DNA of 64,000 nt. It comes from Chloroflexota bacterium. GTDB lineage: Bacteria > Chloroflexota > Anaerolineae > UBA1429. The notes beneath the pieces are model-generated. The model saw only the letters and a program-made list of their open reading frames with translations, ran no database searches and had not been told where the DNA came from. The stretch is taken from NCBI GenBank assembly GCA_012841405.1, contig DUUT01000054.1, positions 6,220-70,219 of the forward strand, given 5' to 3'. Shown here piece by piece: positions 20,716-29,268 of this stretch. Both the position numbers and the translations under genes were made by a program. How positions within the stretch are numbered: position 1 is the first letter of the stretch; each line of letters starts with the position of its first letter.

Positions 20716-22743
20716 CTACCGCTTCATCGCGAGCTTGATGAGGTTGGGCACGTCCAGGATCAGAGCGATGCGGCCATTGCCGAGGATGCTCCCTCCCGCC
20801 AGCCCGCGGATACCCGTGAGCAAGGGGCCCAACGACTTGATGACGACCTCCTGGTTGCCGATCAAGGCGTCGACCATCAGCCCGGCCTCGACCCGCCCCC
20901 AGCGGATGACCACGATCTGCCCGGGGCTGCCGTGGTGACCGTTGCCGCCATCGGGGCTGGGGAGGCGCAAGAGATTGCGCAACCTCAGCAGCGGCAGCAC
21001 TTGGTCCCGGAGCCGGATCACTTCGGCGCCTTCTACAGTCTGAATCTGGCCCGGAGTGAGCTGATGGACCTCTACGACCGAGGAGAGGGGGATGGCAAAG
21101 GTGTTGTCGCCGGTGGTCACCAGCATCGCCGGGATGATGGCCAGGGTGAGGGGCAGCGTCAGCTCAAACGCCGTGCCCACGCCCACCTCGGTATGGATCT
21201 CGACGGAGCCGTTGAGCCGTTCGATGTTCGCCCGCACGATATCCATCCCGACGCCGCGGCCCGAGAGATCCGTCACTTGTTCCTTGGTAGAGAGGCCGGG
21301 GCGGAAGATGAGCTCGACGGCCTCGCCATCACTGAGCGCCTCGGCCGCCTCGGCGGTGAGCTGTCCCTTTTCCACCGCGCTGCGCCGCATCTGGGCCGCA
21401 TCGATCCCCCGGCCATCGTCGGCGATGGTGATGCGAATATGCCCCTCGTGCTGTTGCGCCGACAGGCGCACGGTGCCCGTCTCGGGTTTCCCTGCCCGAA
21501 GGCGCTCCTCCGTCGACTCGATGCCGTGATCGATGGCATTGCGCAAGAGGTGGATGATCGGATCGCCGATCGCCTCGATCACCGAACGATCAAGCTCGGT
21601 CTCTTGGCCCTCGATGAACAGGTCGATCTTTTTGCCGAGGCGGCGCGACACGTCACGCACCAGGCGCGGGAACTTGATGAACAGCGATGACACCGGAACC
21701 ATGCGGGCGCGCATCACCTCTTCGTGCAACTGATCGATGATGCGGCTGAGCTGCACCGTGACCTGGTTCAGGTCCGAGATGCCCTGGTCGCTGTGGAGCG
21801 CCGCCGGATCGTTGGCCACCTGGAGGAGCTGCGTGCGGCTGACGACGAGCTCGCCCGTGAGGTTCATCAGCCGGTCGAGCTGATCAACGCCGACGCGCAC
21901 CTTGGTCTCAAGCTCGATGGGGTGCGTGCCTGCTGCTGGAGCCGATCCTGCAGCCGGTGGCGCCTGCTCGGCGGGGGGGCGGGCGGCAGGCGGCGTGGCC
22001 TGGCGCACGACCTGCACATCGATGATCTCGGGGATGGCCACCACTGCCGCGGCGAGGTCCTCAGCGCCCTCCCTGCTGAGGACCAGGGCTTCGTAGCGCG
22101 TGGCGGTGGTGCCCATCTCGATGTCATCGGCAGGTGGCGAGGTAGCGAGCACCTCGGCGAGCGTGCCCAGGGCGGCGTGGAGCTGGTAGATGCGCGCTGC
22201 GGGTGCGATGCTGGTGGCGTCCACCGCAGCCGTCACGCGATAGGCCGGCGGCGCGTCTGGCGCGCCCAGAAGGGCGCGTACCTCTGGAGTAACCAAGTCC
22301 GCAGACTGGTGCGCCGCCGATGGAGCCTCCTGCTCCTCATGGTAATCGTGGAGGCGCCGTACCGCCTCGGCCACATCGACGGCGCTCTCCTCACGGGTAA
22401 TGAGCTCTTCTTTCAGCGCCTTTAGCGCATCGACGCTGGCGAGGACGACGTCGATGAGCCCCGGTGTTACCTCGAGCTGCCCCTTGCGGAGGCGATCGAG
22501 CACCGTCTCGAGGGCGTGGGTCAGCTCGGCCATGCGGTGGTGTTGAATCAGCCCCGCATTGCCCTTGAGGGTGTGCGCGGCGCGAAAGATCGCCTGGAGC
22601 AGCGCTTCATCGTCAGATCGCGCCTCGAGCTCGACGACGGCCTGATCGAGGAGCGCTAATTGCTCGTTGGTGTCCTCCAAGAAGGCCTCAATCTCGTCCG
22701 GTGAGACATCAAAAGTCAGAGGCATGGCGATTCCATCGGGCAT
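20716..22743 (-). CDS. cheA: Chemotaxis histidine kinase CheA
   Basis: 675 aa. Hpt domain with FRAAHTLKGNAG, dimerisation/HATPase core (IGDPIIHLLRNAIDHGIE...DDGRGID...SGRGVGMDIV) and C-terminal CheW-like domain. Confidence 0.95.
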   Translation of the reverse strand: MPDGIAMPLTFDVSPDEIEAFLEDTNEQLALLDQAVVELEARSDDEALLQAIFRAAHTLKGNAGLIQHHRMAELTHALETVLDRLRKGQLEVTPGLIDVVLASVDALKALKEELITREESAVDVAEAVRRLHDYHEEQEAPSAAHQSADLVTPEVRALLGAPDAPPAYRVTAAVDATSIAPAARIYQLHAALGTLAEVLATSPPADDIEMGTTATRYEALVLSREGAEDLAAAVVAIPEIIDVQVVRQATPPAARPPAEQAPPAAGSAPAAGTHPIELETKVRVGVDQLDRLMNLTGELVVSRTQLLQVANDPAALHSDQGISDLNQVTVQLSRIIDQLHEEVMRARMVPVSSLFIKFPRLVRDVSRRLGKKIDLFIEGQETELDRSVIEAIGDPIIHLLRNAIDHGIESTEERLRAGKPETGTVRLSAQQHEGHIRITIADDGRGIDAAQMRRSAVEKGQLTAEAAEALSDGEAVELIFRPGLSTKEQVTDLSGRGVGMDIVRANIERLNGSVEIHTEVGVGTAFELTLPLTLAIIPAMLVTTGDNTFAIPLSSVVEVHQLTPGQIQTVEGAEVIRLRDQVLPLLRLRNLLRLPSPDGGNGHHGSPGQIVVIRWGRVEAGLMVDALIGNQEVVIKSLGPLLTGIRGLAGGSILGNGRIALILDVPNLIKLAMKR

Positions 22744-22792
22744 TCCCCGTTGTGGTAGGCGGCTCTGGATAGGCGGGATGGGCCGCTGTGCG

Positions 22793-23281
22793 CTAGGCCG
22801 TCTCTGCGGCGACGCGGCTCAGGGCTTGCTGCTCGGCAACGGACAGCACGCGGTCGAGATCGAGCAGGATGACAAGGCGCTCGTCCAGCTTGGCGATGCC
22901 GCGCAGGTAGGCCGAATCCACCGTGGTGACCAGGTCGGGGGGCGGTTCGATGACGTCCGTGGGGATGTTCAGCACCTCCTCGACGGCATCGACGATGAGG
23001 CCGACCAGGTGGTCACCCATCTCCACGTTGATGATGCGCGTGTCGACGCCGATCTCGTGCTCGAGCAGGCCAAAGCGCTTGCGCAAGTCGATGATGGGCA
23101 CGATCTCGCCGCGCAGGTTGATGACGCCCTCTACGAACGCGGCCGCGCGGGGCACCCGTGTCACCTCGGGCATCTTGATGATGCCCTGTACCCGCGAGAT
23201 ATCCAGCCCGTAGCGCTCCTGGGCCAACGCGAATACGACGACCTGCTCCTCGGCGACCTGCGCCTTGGTTTCGATAGCCAT
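22793..23281 (-). CDS. cheW: Chemotaxis coupling protein CheW
   Basis: Trimmed to MAIETKAQVAEEQVVVFALAQERYGLDISRVQGIIKMPEVTRVP.A..FVEGVINLRGEIVPIIDLRKRFGL. GAAGGAG RBS before ATG 23281. Confidence 0.9.
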   Translation of the reverse strand: MAIETKAQVAEEQVVVFALAQERYGLDISRVQGIIKMPEVTRVPRAAAFVEGVINLRGEIVPIIDLRKRFGLLEHEIGVDTRIINVEMGDHLVGLIVDAVEEVLNIPTDVIEPPPDLVTTVDSAYLRGIAKLDERLVILLDLDRVLSVAEQQALSRVAAETA

Positions 23282-23399
23282 CGCCCAGACTCCTTCACTA
23301 GCTAGATAGGGATCGTATCGTGCGGCGGGGCACGTAGCGACCTCGCTCCACCGCGGCAGCGTGCCAGCGGCGCGGCGGAACACGAGGCCCATGGTATAG

Positions 23400-23427
23400 G
23401 TATCTGCCTTTTGCGGCGAAACTTGAG
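23400..23427 (-). promoter_or_regulatory. Sigma-28-type promoter variant upstream of the che operon: CTCAAG-N14-GCAGATAC
   Basis: The minus strand reads CTCAAG TTTCGCCGCAAAAG GCAGATAC, about 120 nt upstream of cheW. There is one mismatch in the GCCGAT core. Confidence 0.4.
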
Positions 23428-23588
23428 GGCCTGAGGGGAAACCGTGCGTACGAGATGCCACCTCTGCTGTGGCCACTAATAGCGAAATAGTATGCTATTC
23501 TACGTTTGTATTCTGTTTCGATCTGTAGAAGCCATCATTCATCTTCCAGAGTCCGTTCACGTTACATTCACGACATCATCACGGTCAG

Positions 23589-23621
23589 TTTACTGACGCA
23601 CGTAGGGCGCTGTTCTATGAT
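23589..23621 (+). promoter_or_regulatory. Putative housekeeping-sigma promoter of the flbD-motA...fliA operon (TTTACTGACG-N17-TATGAT)
   Basis: GGTCAGTTTACTGACGCACGTAGGGCGCTGTTCTATGATGGG. The -35-like CTGACG and -10 TATGAT are 17 nt apart, about 65 nt upstream of the flbD GTG. GTCAGT-TT-ACTGAC is also a palindrome. Confidence 0.45.
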
Positions 23622-23684
23622 GGGAGCCGTCAGCAGTACGAATCGGCGGATGCGCTCCGCCTCATCGCAAGTGGGAGAAGGAAC

Positions 23685-23945
23685 GTGATTCCAGTGACCC
23701 GGCTGAATGGCGTACCCATTCACGTGAACGCCGAGATGATCGTCTTTGTGGAGGCCACGCCCGACACGGTGATCTCGTTGGCGAATGGGGACCGGGTGGT
23801 GGTGCGCGAGACGCCGCAGAGCGTCGTGGATGCCGTGATTGCCTATCGTCGCGCTATTCACAATTGGCAGCCACAGGTGGGGTCGGCGGACACCTCGAAC
23901 GATGAGCCCTCTCGCGTGCCCAACCCCGGCGCGAGGCGCGCCTGA
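23685..23945 (+). CDS. flbD: Flagellar protein FlbD
   Basis: 86 aa. MIPVTRLNGVPIHVNAEMIVFVEATPDTVISLANGDRVVVRETPQSVVDAVIAY is a near-consensus FlbD. GTG start with GGGAGAAGGA RBS. Confidence 0.85.
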   Translation: MIPVTRLNGVPIHVNAEMIVFVEATPDTVISLANGDRVVVRETPQSVVDAVIAYRRAIHNWQPQVGSADTSNDEPSRVPNPGARRA

Positions 23946-24010
23946 GCTCTCGTGGGCGAACCCGATGCCGCCGCAGGCGGCGCAGTCCCTGACAGGTGGA
24001 TAGGCGAAGG

Positions 24011-24772
24011 ATGGAGATCTCAACGATTCTGGGTCTGGTGGTAGGTCTTGGCGCCATCTTTGGCGGCCTGGCGATGGACGGCGGCTCGATCAGCGAGCTG
24101 GTGAGCGTTTCTTCAGTGGTGATCGTGGTGGGCGGCACCATCGGTGCGTCCGCCGTGAACTTTCCGATGTCCACGATCCTCTCGATCCCCAAGTTGGTTG
24201 CCCAGAGCTTTCGGGCGTATGCGATCGATCCCAAGGAGACCATCGACCTCATGGTCAACCTGGCGGACCGTGCCCGACGAGACGGCCTCTTGACCTTGGA
24301 AGAGGCCGCCCAGTCGATCGAAGACGACTTTTTGCGCAAGGGGATCAACCTCGTCGTGGACGGCGTGGATTCGGCCACGGTGAGCGACATCCTGCGCACC
24401 GATCAGGAGCTCGCCAGCGAGCGCCACGCCGCGGGGATCACGCTGCTGGAGGCCATGGGTGGTTATGCGCCGGTGATGGGCATGGTCGGCACCGTCATGG
24501 GCCTGGTGACCGCCCTGGGGAACATGAACGACCCCGACCAGTTGGGTGGGGCGGTGGCGGTGGCCTTTTTGACCACGCTGTACGGCGCGCTGATCGCCAA
24601 CCTCTTCTGCCTCCCCATAGCCGGCAAGCTGCGGGAAAAGGATGAGGCCGAGCTCCTCCTGCGCCGCCTGACCATGGAAGGCGTCCTCGCCATCCAGGCG
24701 GGACAGTCACCGCGTATCGTGCGCGAAAAGCTCTCTGCCTTTCTCCCGCCTTCGCAGCGCGAGGAGGCCTAG
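24011..24772 (+). CDS. motA: Flagellar stator protein MotA
   Basis: MEISTILGLVVGLGAIFGG...GGYAPVMGMVGTVMGLV..L.......LG..VAVAFLTTLYGALIANL...PIA.KL is a typical MotA/ExbB channel core. The start may be 24011 (ATG) or 23996 (GTG). Confidence 0.9.
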   Translation: MEISTILGLVVGLGAIFGGLAMDGGSISELVSVSSVVIVVGGTIGASAVNFPMSTILSIPKLVAQSFRAYAIDPKETIDLMVNLADRARRDGLLTLEEAAQSIEDDFLRKGINLVVDGVDSATVSDILRTDQELASERHAAGITLLEAMGGYAPVMGMVGTVMGLVTALGNMNDPDQLGGAVAVAFLTTLYGALIANLFCLPIAGKLREKDEAELLLRRLTMEGVLAIQAGQSPRIVREKLSAFLPPSQREEA

Positions 24773-24775
24773 ACC

Positions 24776-25567
24776 ATGGCGCGGAAGAGCGACGGTGGGG
24801 GCGGGTCGCAGCGGTGGCTGCTGACGTATTCAGACATGGTCAGCCTGGTGATGGTGTTCTTTGTGTTGCTCTTTGCGATGTCGCAGATTGACATCCGAAA
24901 GTACCGCCGGCTGGCCGACTCGCTCCAGCGGGCCTTTGGCGGCGGATCCAGCCGCGTCATCACGCCCATCAGCAATGGCGAGGGGACGCTCTGGGAGTCG
25001 GAGTACAGCAGGCCGGCCATCGTCGAGGCACCGTCGATCTCGTACGACCCCACGGATGTGAGCGCCGAGCTGGGCAACGCCATCGCCCAGGCGGGTATCG
25101 AGGGGCAGGTGAGCGTGCGCACCCACATCGAGGGGGTCATCATCAGCCTCAGTGAGGACTTGGTCTTTCCGCCGGGCAGCGCCGAGTTGCAGCCCGACGG
25201 CAAGGAGGCGCTGAGCGACATTGCGGCGGTGCTCCACGGTATGCCCAACCTCGTGCGGGTGGAGGGGCACACGGACGATCGCCCGACGAACAGCCCCATC
25301 TATCCCACGAACTGGGAGCTGTCCACGGCGCGCGCCGTCAGCATTGTGCGCTATCTCATCGAGTGCGGCATCTCGCCGGCGCGGCTGACGGCCGCGGGCA
25401 TGGCGTCCTATCAGCCGCTGGTGCCCAACGATACGCCCGAGGGGCGGGCGATGAACCGTCGGGCGAGCCTCGTCATCGTCTATCCCATCGAGAGTAGTGA
25501 CTTTCGGGTGAACCTGCTGCCGGAGCTCGATGCGATGAAGAATCCCATCACCGGCATCGCCCAGTAG
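24776..25567 (+). CDS. motB: Flagellar stator protein MotB (OmpA-like peptidoglycan-binding C-terminus)
   Basis: WLLTYSDMVSLVMVFFVLLFAMS (TM with the conserved Asp) and VRVEGHTDDRP.......NWELSTARAVSIVRYL...GI...RL.A.G......P......EGRA.NRR. Confidence 0.9.
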   Translation: MARKSDGGGGSQRWLLTYSDMVSLVMVFFVLLFAMSQIDIRKYRRLADSLQRAFGGGSSRVITPISNGEGTLWESEYSRPAIVEAPSISYDPTDVSAELGNAIAQAGIEGQVSVRTHIEGVIISLSEDLVFPPGSAELQPDGKEALSDIAAVLHGMPNLVRVEGHTDDRPTNSPIYPTNWELSTARAVSIVRYLIECGISPARLTAAGMASYQPLVPNDTPEGRAMNRRASLVIVYPIESSDFRVNLLPELDAMKNPITGIAQ

Positions 25568-25669
25568 GCACTACGCCGCAGCGGGTGCTCGCGGTGGTCC
25601 TCCGAGGTGGGCCCCGCGAACAGGCATCATCCAAGCGGTATCACGCATATGCAAGGCGGTAACTCAACC

Positions 25670-26260
25670 ATGGCAAATCTTCTGGCAGACAAGAAGCGCC
25701 TCCTCTTCCTGGCGACCGCGGTGTTCGGGGTGTTGTTCGTGGCCTATATCCTGATTCCGTCGAATCTCCCCAAGCCGTTCTACATCGAGGTGGCCCGTGC
25801 CCAGGGGGCGGAAGATGGGGCGCAGCCCAACGGCAACGGATCGATCGCCCCACCGGCTGGCACGCGGGAGCAGTCCACGGCGTTGGCCGTCTACCCCAAG
25901 ATGGGCGACGGCATCATGTACGACGTCGGCAGCCGCATCGTGAACCTCCTGGATCCGGTGGGCCGCCGGTATCTCAAGGTCACCATCGTGCTCGAGTTCC
26001 TCCCGCCGGACTATGCCTATTACACCCTGCCGGACGAGGAACGCGAGGACATGCGCAGTGAGACGCTCTCCAAGATCGAGGCGCGCAAGCCCGTGATCGA
26101 CGATCTGCTCACGAGCCTCCTCACGAGCAAGAGCTATGAGGATATCTATAACCTCGACGGCAAGAATCGTCTCCGGGCAGAGATCCAGGAGCGCCTCAGC
26201 CAGGTGCTTGGTGAGCCTCAGGTGATCGCGGTGTACTTTACCGATTTCATCGTGCAGTGA
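25670..26260 (+). CDS. fliL: Flagellar basal-body-associated protein FliL
   Basis: Single N-terminal TM (LLFLATAVFGVLFVAYILI), then ...IVNLLDPVGRRYLKVTIVLEF...RKPVIDDLLTSLLTSKSYEDI....GKNRLRAEIQERL......V..VYFTDFIVQ, the FliL pattern. An alternative start lies at 25649. Confidence 0.8.
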   Translation: MANLLADKKRLLFLATAVFGVLFVAYILIPSNLPKPFYIEVARAQGAEDGAQPNGNGSIAPPAGTREQSTALAVYPKMGDGIMYDVGSRIVNLLDPVGRRYLKVTIVLEFLPPDYAYYTLPDEEREDMRSETLSKIEARKPVIDDLLTSLLTSKSYEDIYNLDGKNRLRAEIQERLSQVLGEPQVIAVYFTDFIVQ

Positions 26261-26270
26261 GGTAGAGGGC

Positions 26271-27269
26271 ATGGATGGAGTGGCGGCGGACGAGAGGATG
26301 CTGTCGCAGCGCGAGATTGATGCGCTGCTCAGCAGCCTGGCACTGGGCGCTCCCGAAGCGCAGCGGCCCAAGCAGGACAGCCTCAGACCATACGATTTCC
26401 GCTCACCGGCGCGCTTTTCCAAGGAGCAGATGCGCACCCTCAAGCTGGTGTTTGAGGACTTTGCCCGGCAGATCAGCTCGCTCCTCTCAGTCCTGCTGCG
26501 CTGTGGCGTCAAGGCACGGTTCGTGCACCTCGAGCAGAGTACCGGCCGGGACGTGATCGGCATGCTGGACACCGAGCGCACCAGCATGGTGAACATCCTG
26601 CGGCTCGCGCCACTGCCGGGTCGCGCCCTGCTCATCATGGGCGTCGAGCTCGTCTGCATTCTGGTGGAACGCGTCCTCGGGGGGCGCTCCACCACGCCCG
26701 TCGATAAGGCGCGCGAGATCACCAACATCGAGCTCGCACTGATGGAAGTGGTGATGCGCCATGTGAACCGCGGCCTCGAGACGGCCTGGAGCAAGGTCGT
26801 CGAGGTCAAGGCCGTGCTGGAGAGCAGCACCGTGGACCTGGAGATGGTCCAGGGCGCGCTGGGCGACGAGATCATTTTCGTCGCCATGGTCGAGATCCAC
26901 GTGGAGAACGCGTCGGGCATGCTGACCTTTCTGATGCCCCTGTCTCTCCTGCACCCCATCGCGCCGGCGCTCCGCCCCCACCTGATCATGACGCACGAGC
27001 AGGAGGAGGAGGGCGACGAGCACGATCGTGCTCTGGTGGTGAACCAATTGCAGCGCGCCCCGGTGCCGGTCTCGGTGACTTTGGGGACGGCGCAGCTCAC
27101 CTTTCGTGACCTCCTGGGGCTCGAGCCCGGTGATGTGATACCCCTCGATCGCGGCGCCGACGAGGATCTGACGGTCTCTGTGAGCGGCCGCGAAAAGTTC
27201 TGTTGCCGCCCCGGCCTGATTGGCAAAAAGCTGGCGGTGAGCATCACAGGTGTGATCGACGAGGACTAG
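26271..27269 (+). CDS. fliM: Flagellar motor switch protein FliM
   Basis: N-terminal CheY-P-binding peptide LSQREIDALL, then PYDFRSPARFSKEQMRTLKLVFEDFAR and a C-terminal SpoA-type domain. Confidence 0.9.
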   Translation: MDGVAADERMLSQREIDALLSSLALGAPEAQRPKQDSLRPYDFRSPARFSKEQMRTLKLVFEDFARQISSLLSVLLRCGVKARFVHLEQSTGRDVIGMLDTERTSMVNILRLAPLPGRALLIMGVELVCILVERVLGGRSTTPVDKAREITNIELALMEVVMRHVNRGLETAWSKVVEVKAVLESSTVDLEMVQGALGDEIIFVAMVEIHVENASGMLTFLMPLSLLHPIAPALRPHLIMTHEQEEEGDEHDRALVVNQLQRAPVPVSVTLGTAQLTFRDLLGLEPGDVIPLDRGADEDLTVSVSGREKFCCRPGLIGKKLAVSITGVIDED

Positions 27270-27365
27270 CCGACCGCGTGGGCACGGTGGGTGTGCACGG
27301 GGTGCCCAAGCCACCCGCATACGCCCAGCGGACACGTATACCGATCTAGCGAGGAAACCAAGGTC

Positions 27366-28076
27366 ATGGCCCCCAACCAAGACACGGACAACAAAGGGAT
27401 CACTCTGGATGAGGACGAACTGCGACGCCTGCTCGAGCAACCCATTTCTGAGGAGGATGCCGACGGAGAGGCCGAGGTTGCCGATGGGGCCACGCCGGAC
27501 GTGACTGCAGCGGCTGCTCTCGATAGCAGCATCCTCGGCTCGCAGGCGACCGCGGCGCCCGTGCCCTTGGGCCAGGATGCCGTCGACCAGCTCTTGTTCG
27601 AGGCGCGCGCCGGATCCATCGCCGCGCCGCCTCCGGACCCAGAGCCCCTGGCTGAGGCAGCGCATGACCGCCCGGCGGTGGAGCCAGAGGCCGCGCCGAC
27701 GGCCACGCCCCCCCGGGTGGAGCCGACGCAGCCCAAGGCGCCCGTCACCGTGCAGCCGGTGCAGTTCGCACCGCTGGGAACGACGTCGGAGAGGAGCCGT
27801 CAGGGCTCGCTCGGTGATCTCGGCATTCTGCTCGATGTCCCTCTCCGCATCACCGTCGAGCTCGGGCGCGCCGAGATGGCCGTGCGCGACGTACTGGCCC
27901 TCGGACCCGGCTCGGTCATTGAGCTGGATCGCTCAGCGGGTGAGGTGCTCGATGTGCTGGTGAACGGCACACTCATCGCCCAGGGCGAGGTGGTGGTCGT
28001 CGATGAGCAGTTTGGTATTCGTCTCACCAATGTGTTCTCGCCGAGCAAGGGCCTCCTCGATGGGATGGGGGCGTAG
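27366..28076 (+). CDS. fliN: Flagellar motor switch protein FliN (extended N-terminus, no CheC-like domain)
   Basis: C-terminal LLDVPLRITVELGRAEMAVRDVLALGPGSVIELDRSAGEVLDVLVNGTLIAQGEVVVVDEQFGIRLT is the FliN SpoA domain. I chose the start at ATG 27366 (GAGGAAACCAAGG RBS). Confidence 0.9.
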   Translation: MAPNQDTDNKGITLDEDELRRLLEQPISEEDADGEAEVADGATPDVTAAAALDSSILGSQATAAPVPLGQDAVDQLLFEARAGSIAAPPPDPEPLAEAAHDRPAVEPEAAPTATPPRVEPTQPKAPVTVQPVQFAPLGTTSERSRQGSLGDLGILLDVPLRITVELGRAEMAVRDVLALGPGSVIELDRSAGEVLDVLVNGTLIAQGEVVVVDEQFGIRLTNVFSPSKGLLDGMGA

Positions 28077-28079
28077 GGC

Positions 28080-28466
28080 ATGATGGACGGCGTCGAGCTG
28101 CAGGTCCTGGTCAAACTTGGCGTGGTGCTGCTGCTCATCTTTCCCACGCTGTGGGTGTTGCGGCGCCTGATGGGCGGACCCGCCGGCGGCTGGCGCCAGT
28201 CGATCCACGTGCTCGAGAGCCGACCCCTGGCGGACGGGCAGCGCCTGTACCTCGTGCGCATTCATGATCGCCATCTGTTGCTGGGCGGCAGCAAGCAGGC
28301 AGTGAGCCTGCTGACCGAGATCGAGGCGCCCCCAGAACCCGAGGCGATGGCAGCCGAGGGGCCCATGGGGTGGGACGAGGCCGTGCGATCCCTGCGTACC
28401 GTGTATAGGCGGTGCCTTGCATCGTTGGGTGCCCGGCTCCATGCCGGCCGACCTGAGGCGCTGTGA
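28080..28466 (+). CDS. fliO: Flagellar export apparatus protein FliO/FliZ-like
   Basis: 128 aa. One TM (LVKLGVVLLLIFPTLWVL), then IHVLESRPLADGQRLYLVRIHDRHLLLGGSKQAVSLLTEI, the FliO pattern. Sits between fliN and fliP. Confidence 0.65.
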   Translation: MMDGVELQVLVKLGVVLLLIFPTLWVLRRLMGGPAGGWRQSIHVLESRPLADGQRLYLVRIHDRHLLLGGSKQAVSLLTEIEAPPEPEAMAAEGPMGWDEAVRSLRTVYRRCLASLGARLHAGRPEAL

Positions 28467-28473
28467 GCCGATC

Positions 28474-29259
28474 ATGAGGCCATTCCCTTCCTCGGCATCG
28501 CGGCGCGCGTTGGGGCGCTTGGTACGCGTGGGGCTCTTACTCGGGCTGGCCGCGCTGCTGTCGGGCTGCGCCACCGATCAGACGGTGAACCTCTCCGCCG
28601 ACCTTGTGCCGGTGGGGGCGAGCGAGCCGGTGACGGTGAGCACGCCGCTCCAGCTGGCGTTGCTCCTCACCGCGGTGACGCTGTTGCCGGCCATTCTCAC
28701 CCTGGTCACCGCGTTTACCCGGATCGTGATTGTGCTCTCCTTCGTGCGCAACGCCGTGGGCACACCGCAGACGCCGCCGACGCAGGTGGTCATTGGGCTG
28801 AGCCTCATCCTGACCTTCTTTGTCATGGCGCCGACGTGGAGCACGGTGAACGCCGAGGCGGTGCAGCCCTACCTGGAGGGGCAGATCGGCCACCGGGAGG
28901 CGTACGAGCGCGGGATCGTGCCGGTGCGGGCGTTCATGTTCGAGCAGACCCGCGAGAAGGACCTGTCGCTCTTTGTGCGTCTGGCCAAGATAGAGCAGCC
29001 CGACACGCCGGACGACATCCCAACCCACGTGCTGGTGCCGGCGTTCGTGATCAGTGAGCTCAAGACCGCCTTTCAGATGGGATTCATGATCTTTGTGCCC
29101 TTCCTGGTGATCGACCTACTCATCTCGAGCACGCTGATGTCCATGGGCATGATGATGCTGCCGCCTTCGCTCATCGCAACGCCCTTCAAGATCCTGTTGT
29201 TCGTCATGGTCGATGGCTGGCACCTGATCATCAAGTCGCTCATCGAGAGCTTTGGCTAG
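28474..29259 (+). CDS. fliP: Flagellar type III export gate protein FliP
   Basis: LLTAVTLLPAILTLVTAFTRIVIVLSFVRNAVGTPQTPPTQVVIGLSLILTFFVMAP...PAFVISELKTAFQMGFMIFVPFLVIDLLISSTLMSMGMMMLPP. I chose the start at ATG 28474, just after the fliO stop. The signal peptide ends in LLSGC. Confidence 0.95.
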   Translation: MRPFPSSASRRALGRLVRVGLLLGLAALLSGCATDQTVNLSADLVPVGASEPVTVSTPLQLALLLTAVTLLPAILTLVTAFTRIVIVLSFVRNAVGTPQTPPTQVVIGLSLILTFFVMAPTWSTVNAEAVQPYLEGQIGHREAYERGIVPVRAFMFEQTREKDLSLFVRLAKIEQPDTPDDIPTHVLVPAFVISELKTAFQMGFMIFVPFLVIDLLISSTLMSMGMMMLPPSLIATPFKILLFVMVDGWHLIIKSLIESFG

Positions 29260-29268
29260 GAGGTCCCT

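Noticed and set aside
25664-27247. 527-aa minus-strand ORF opposite fliL/fliM. Similar long antisense ORFs lie at 53131-55731 (866 aa), 58111-59274, 60808-61956, 38339-39682, 13174-14805, 9289-10962, 30913-32148 and 20578-21690.
   Set aside because: Each lies opposite a gene with unambiguous family motifs and translates to Arg/Ser/Pro/Gly-rich sequence without domain signatures. I treated all of them as shadow ORFs.
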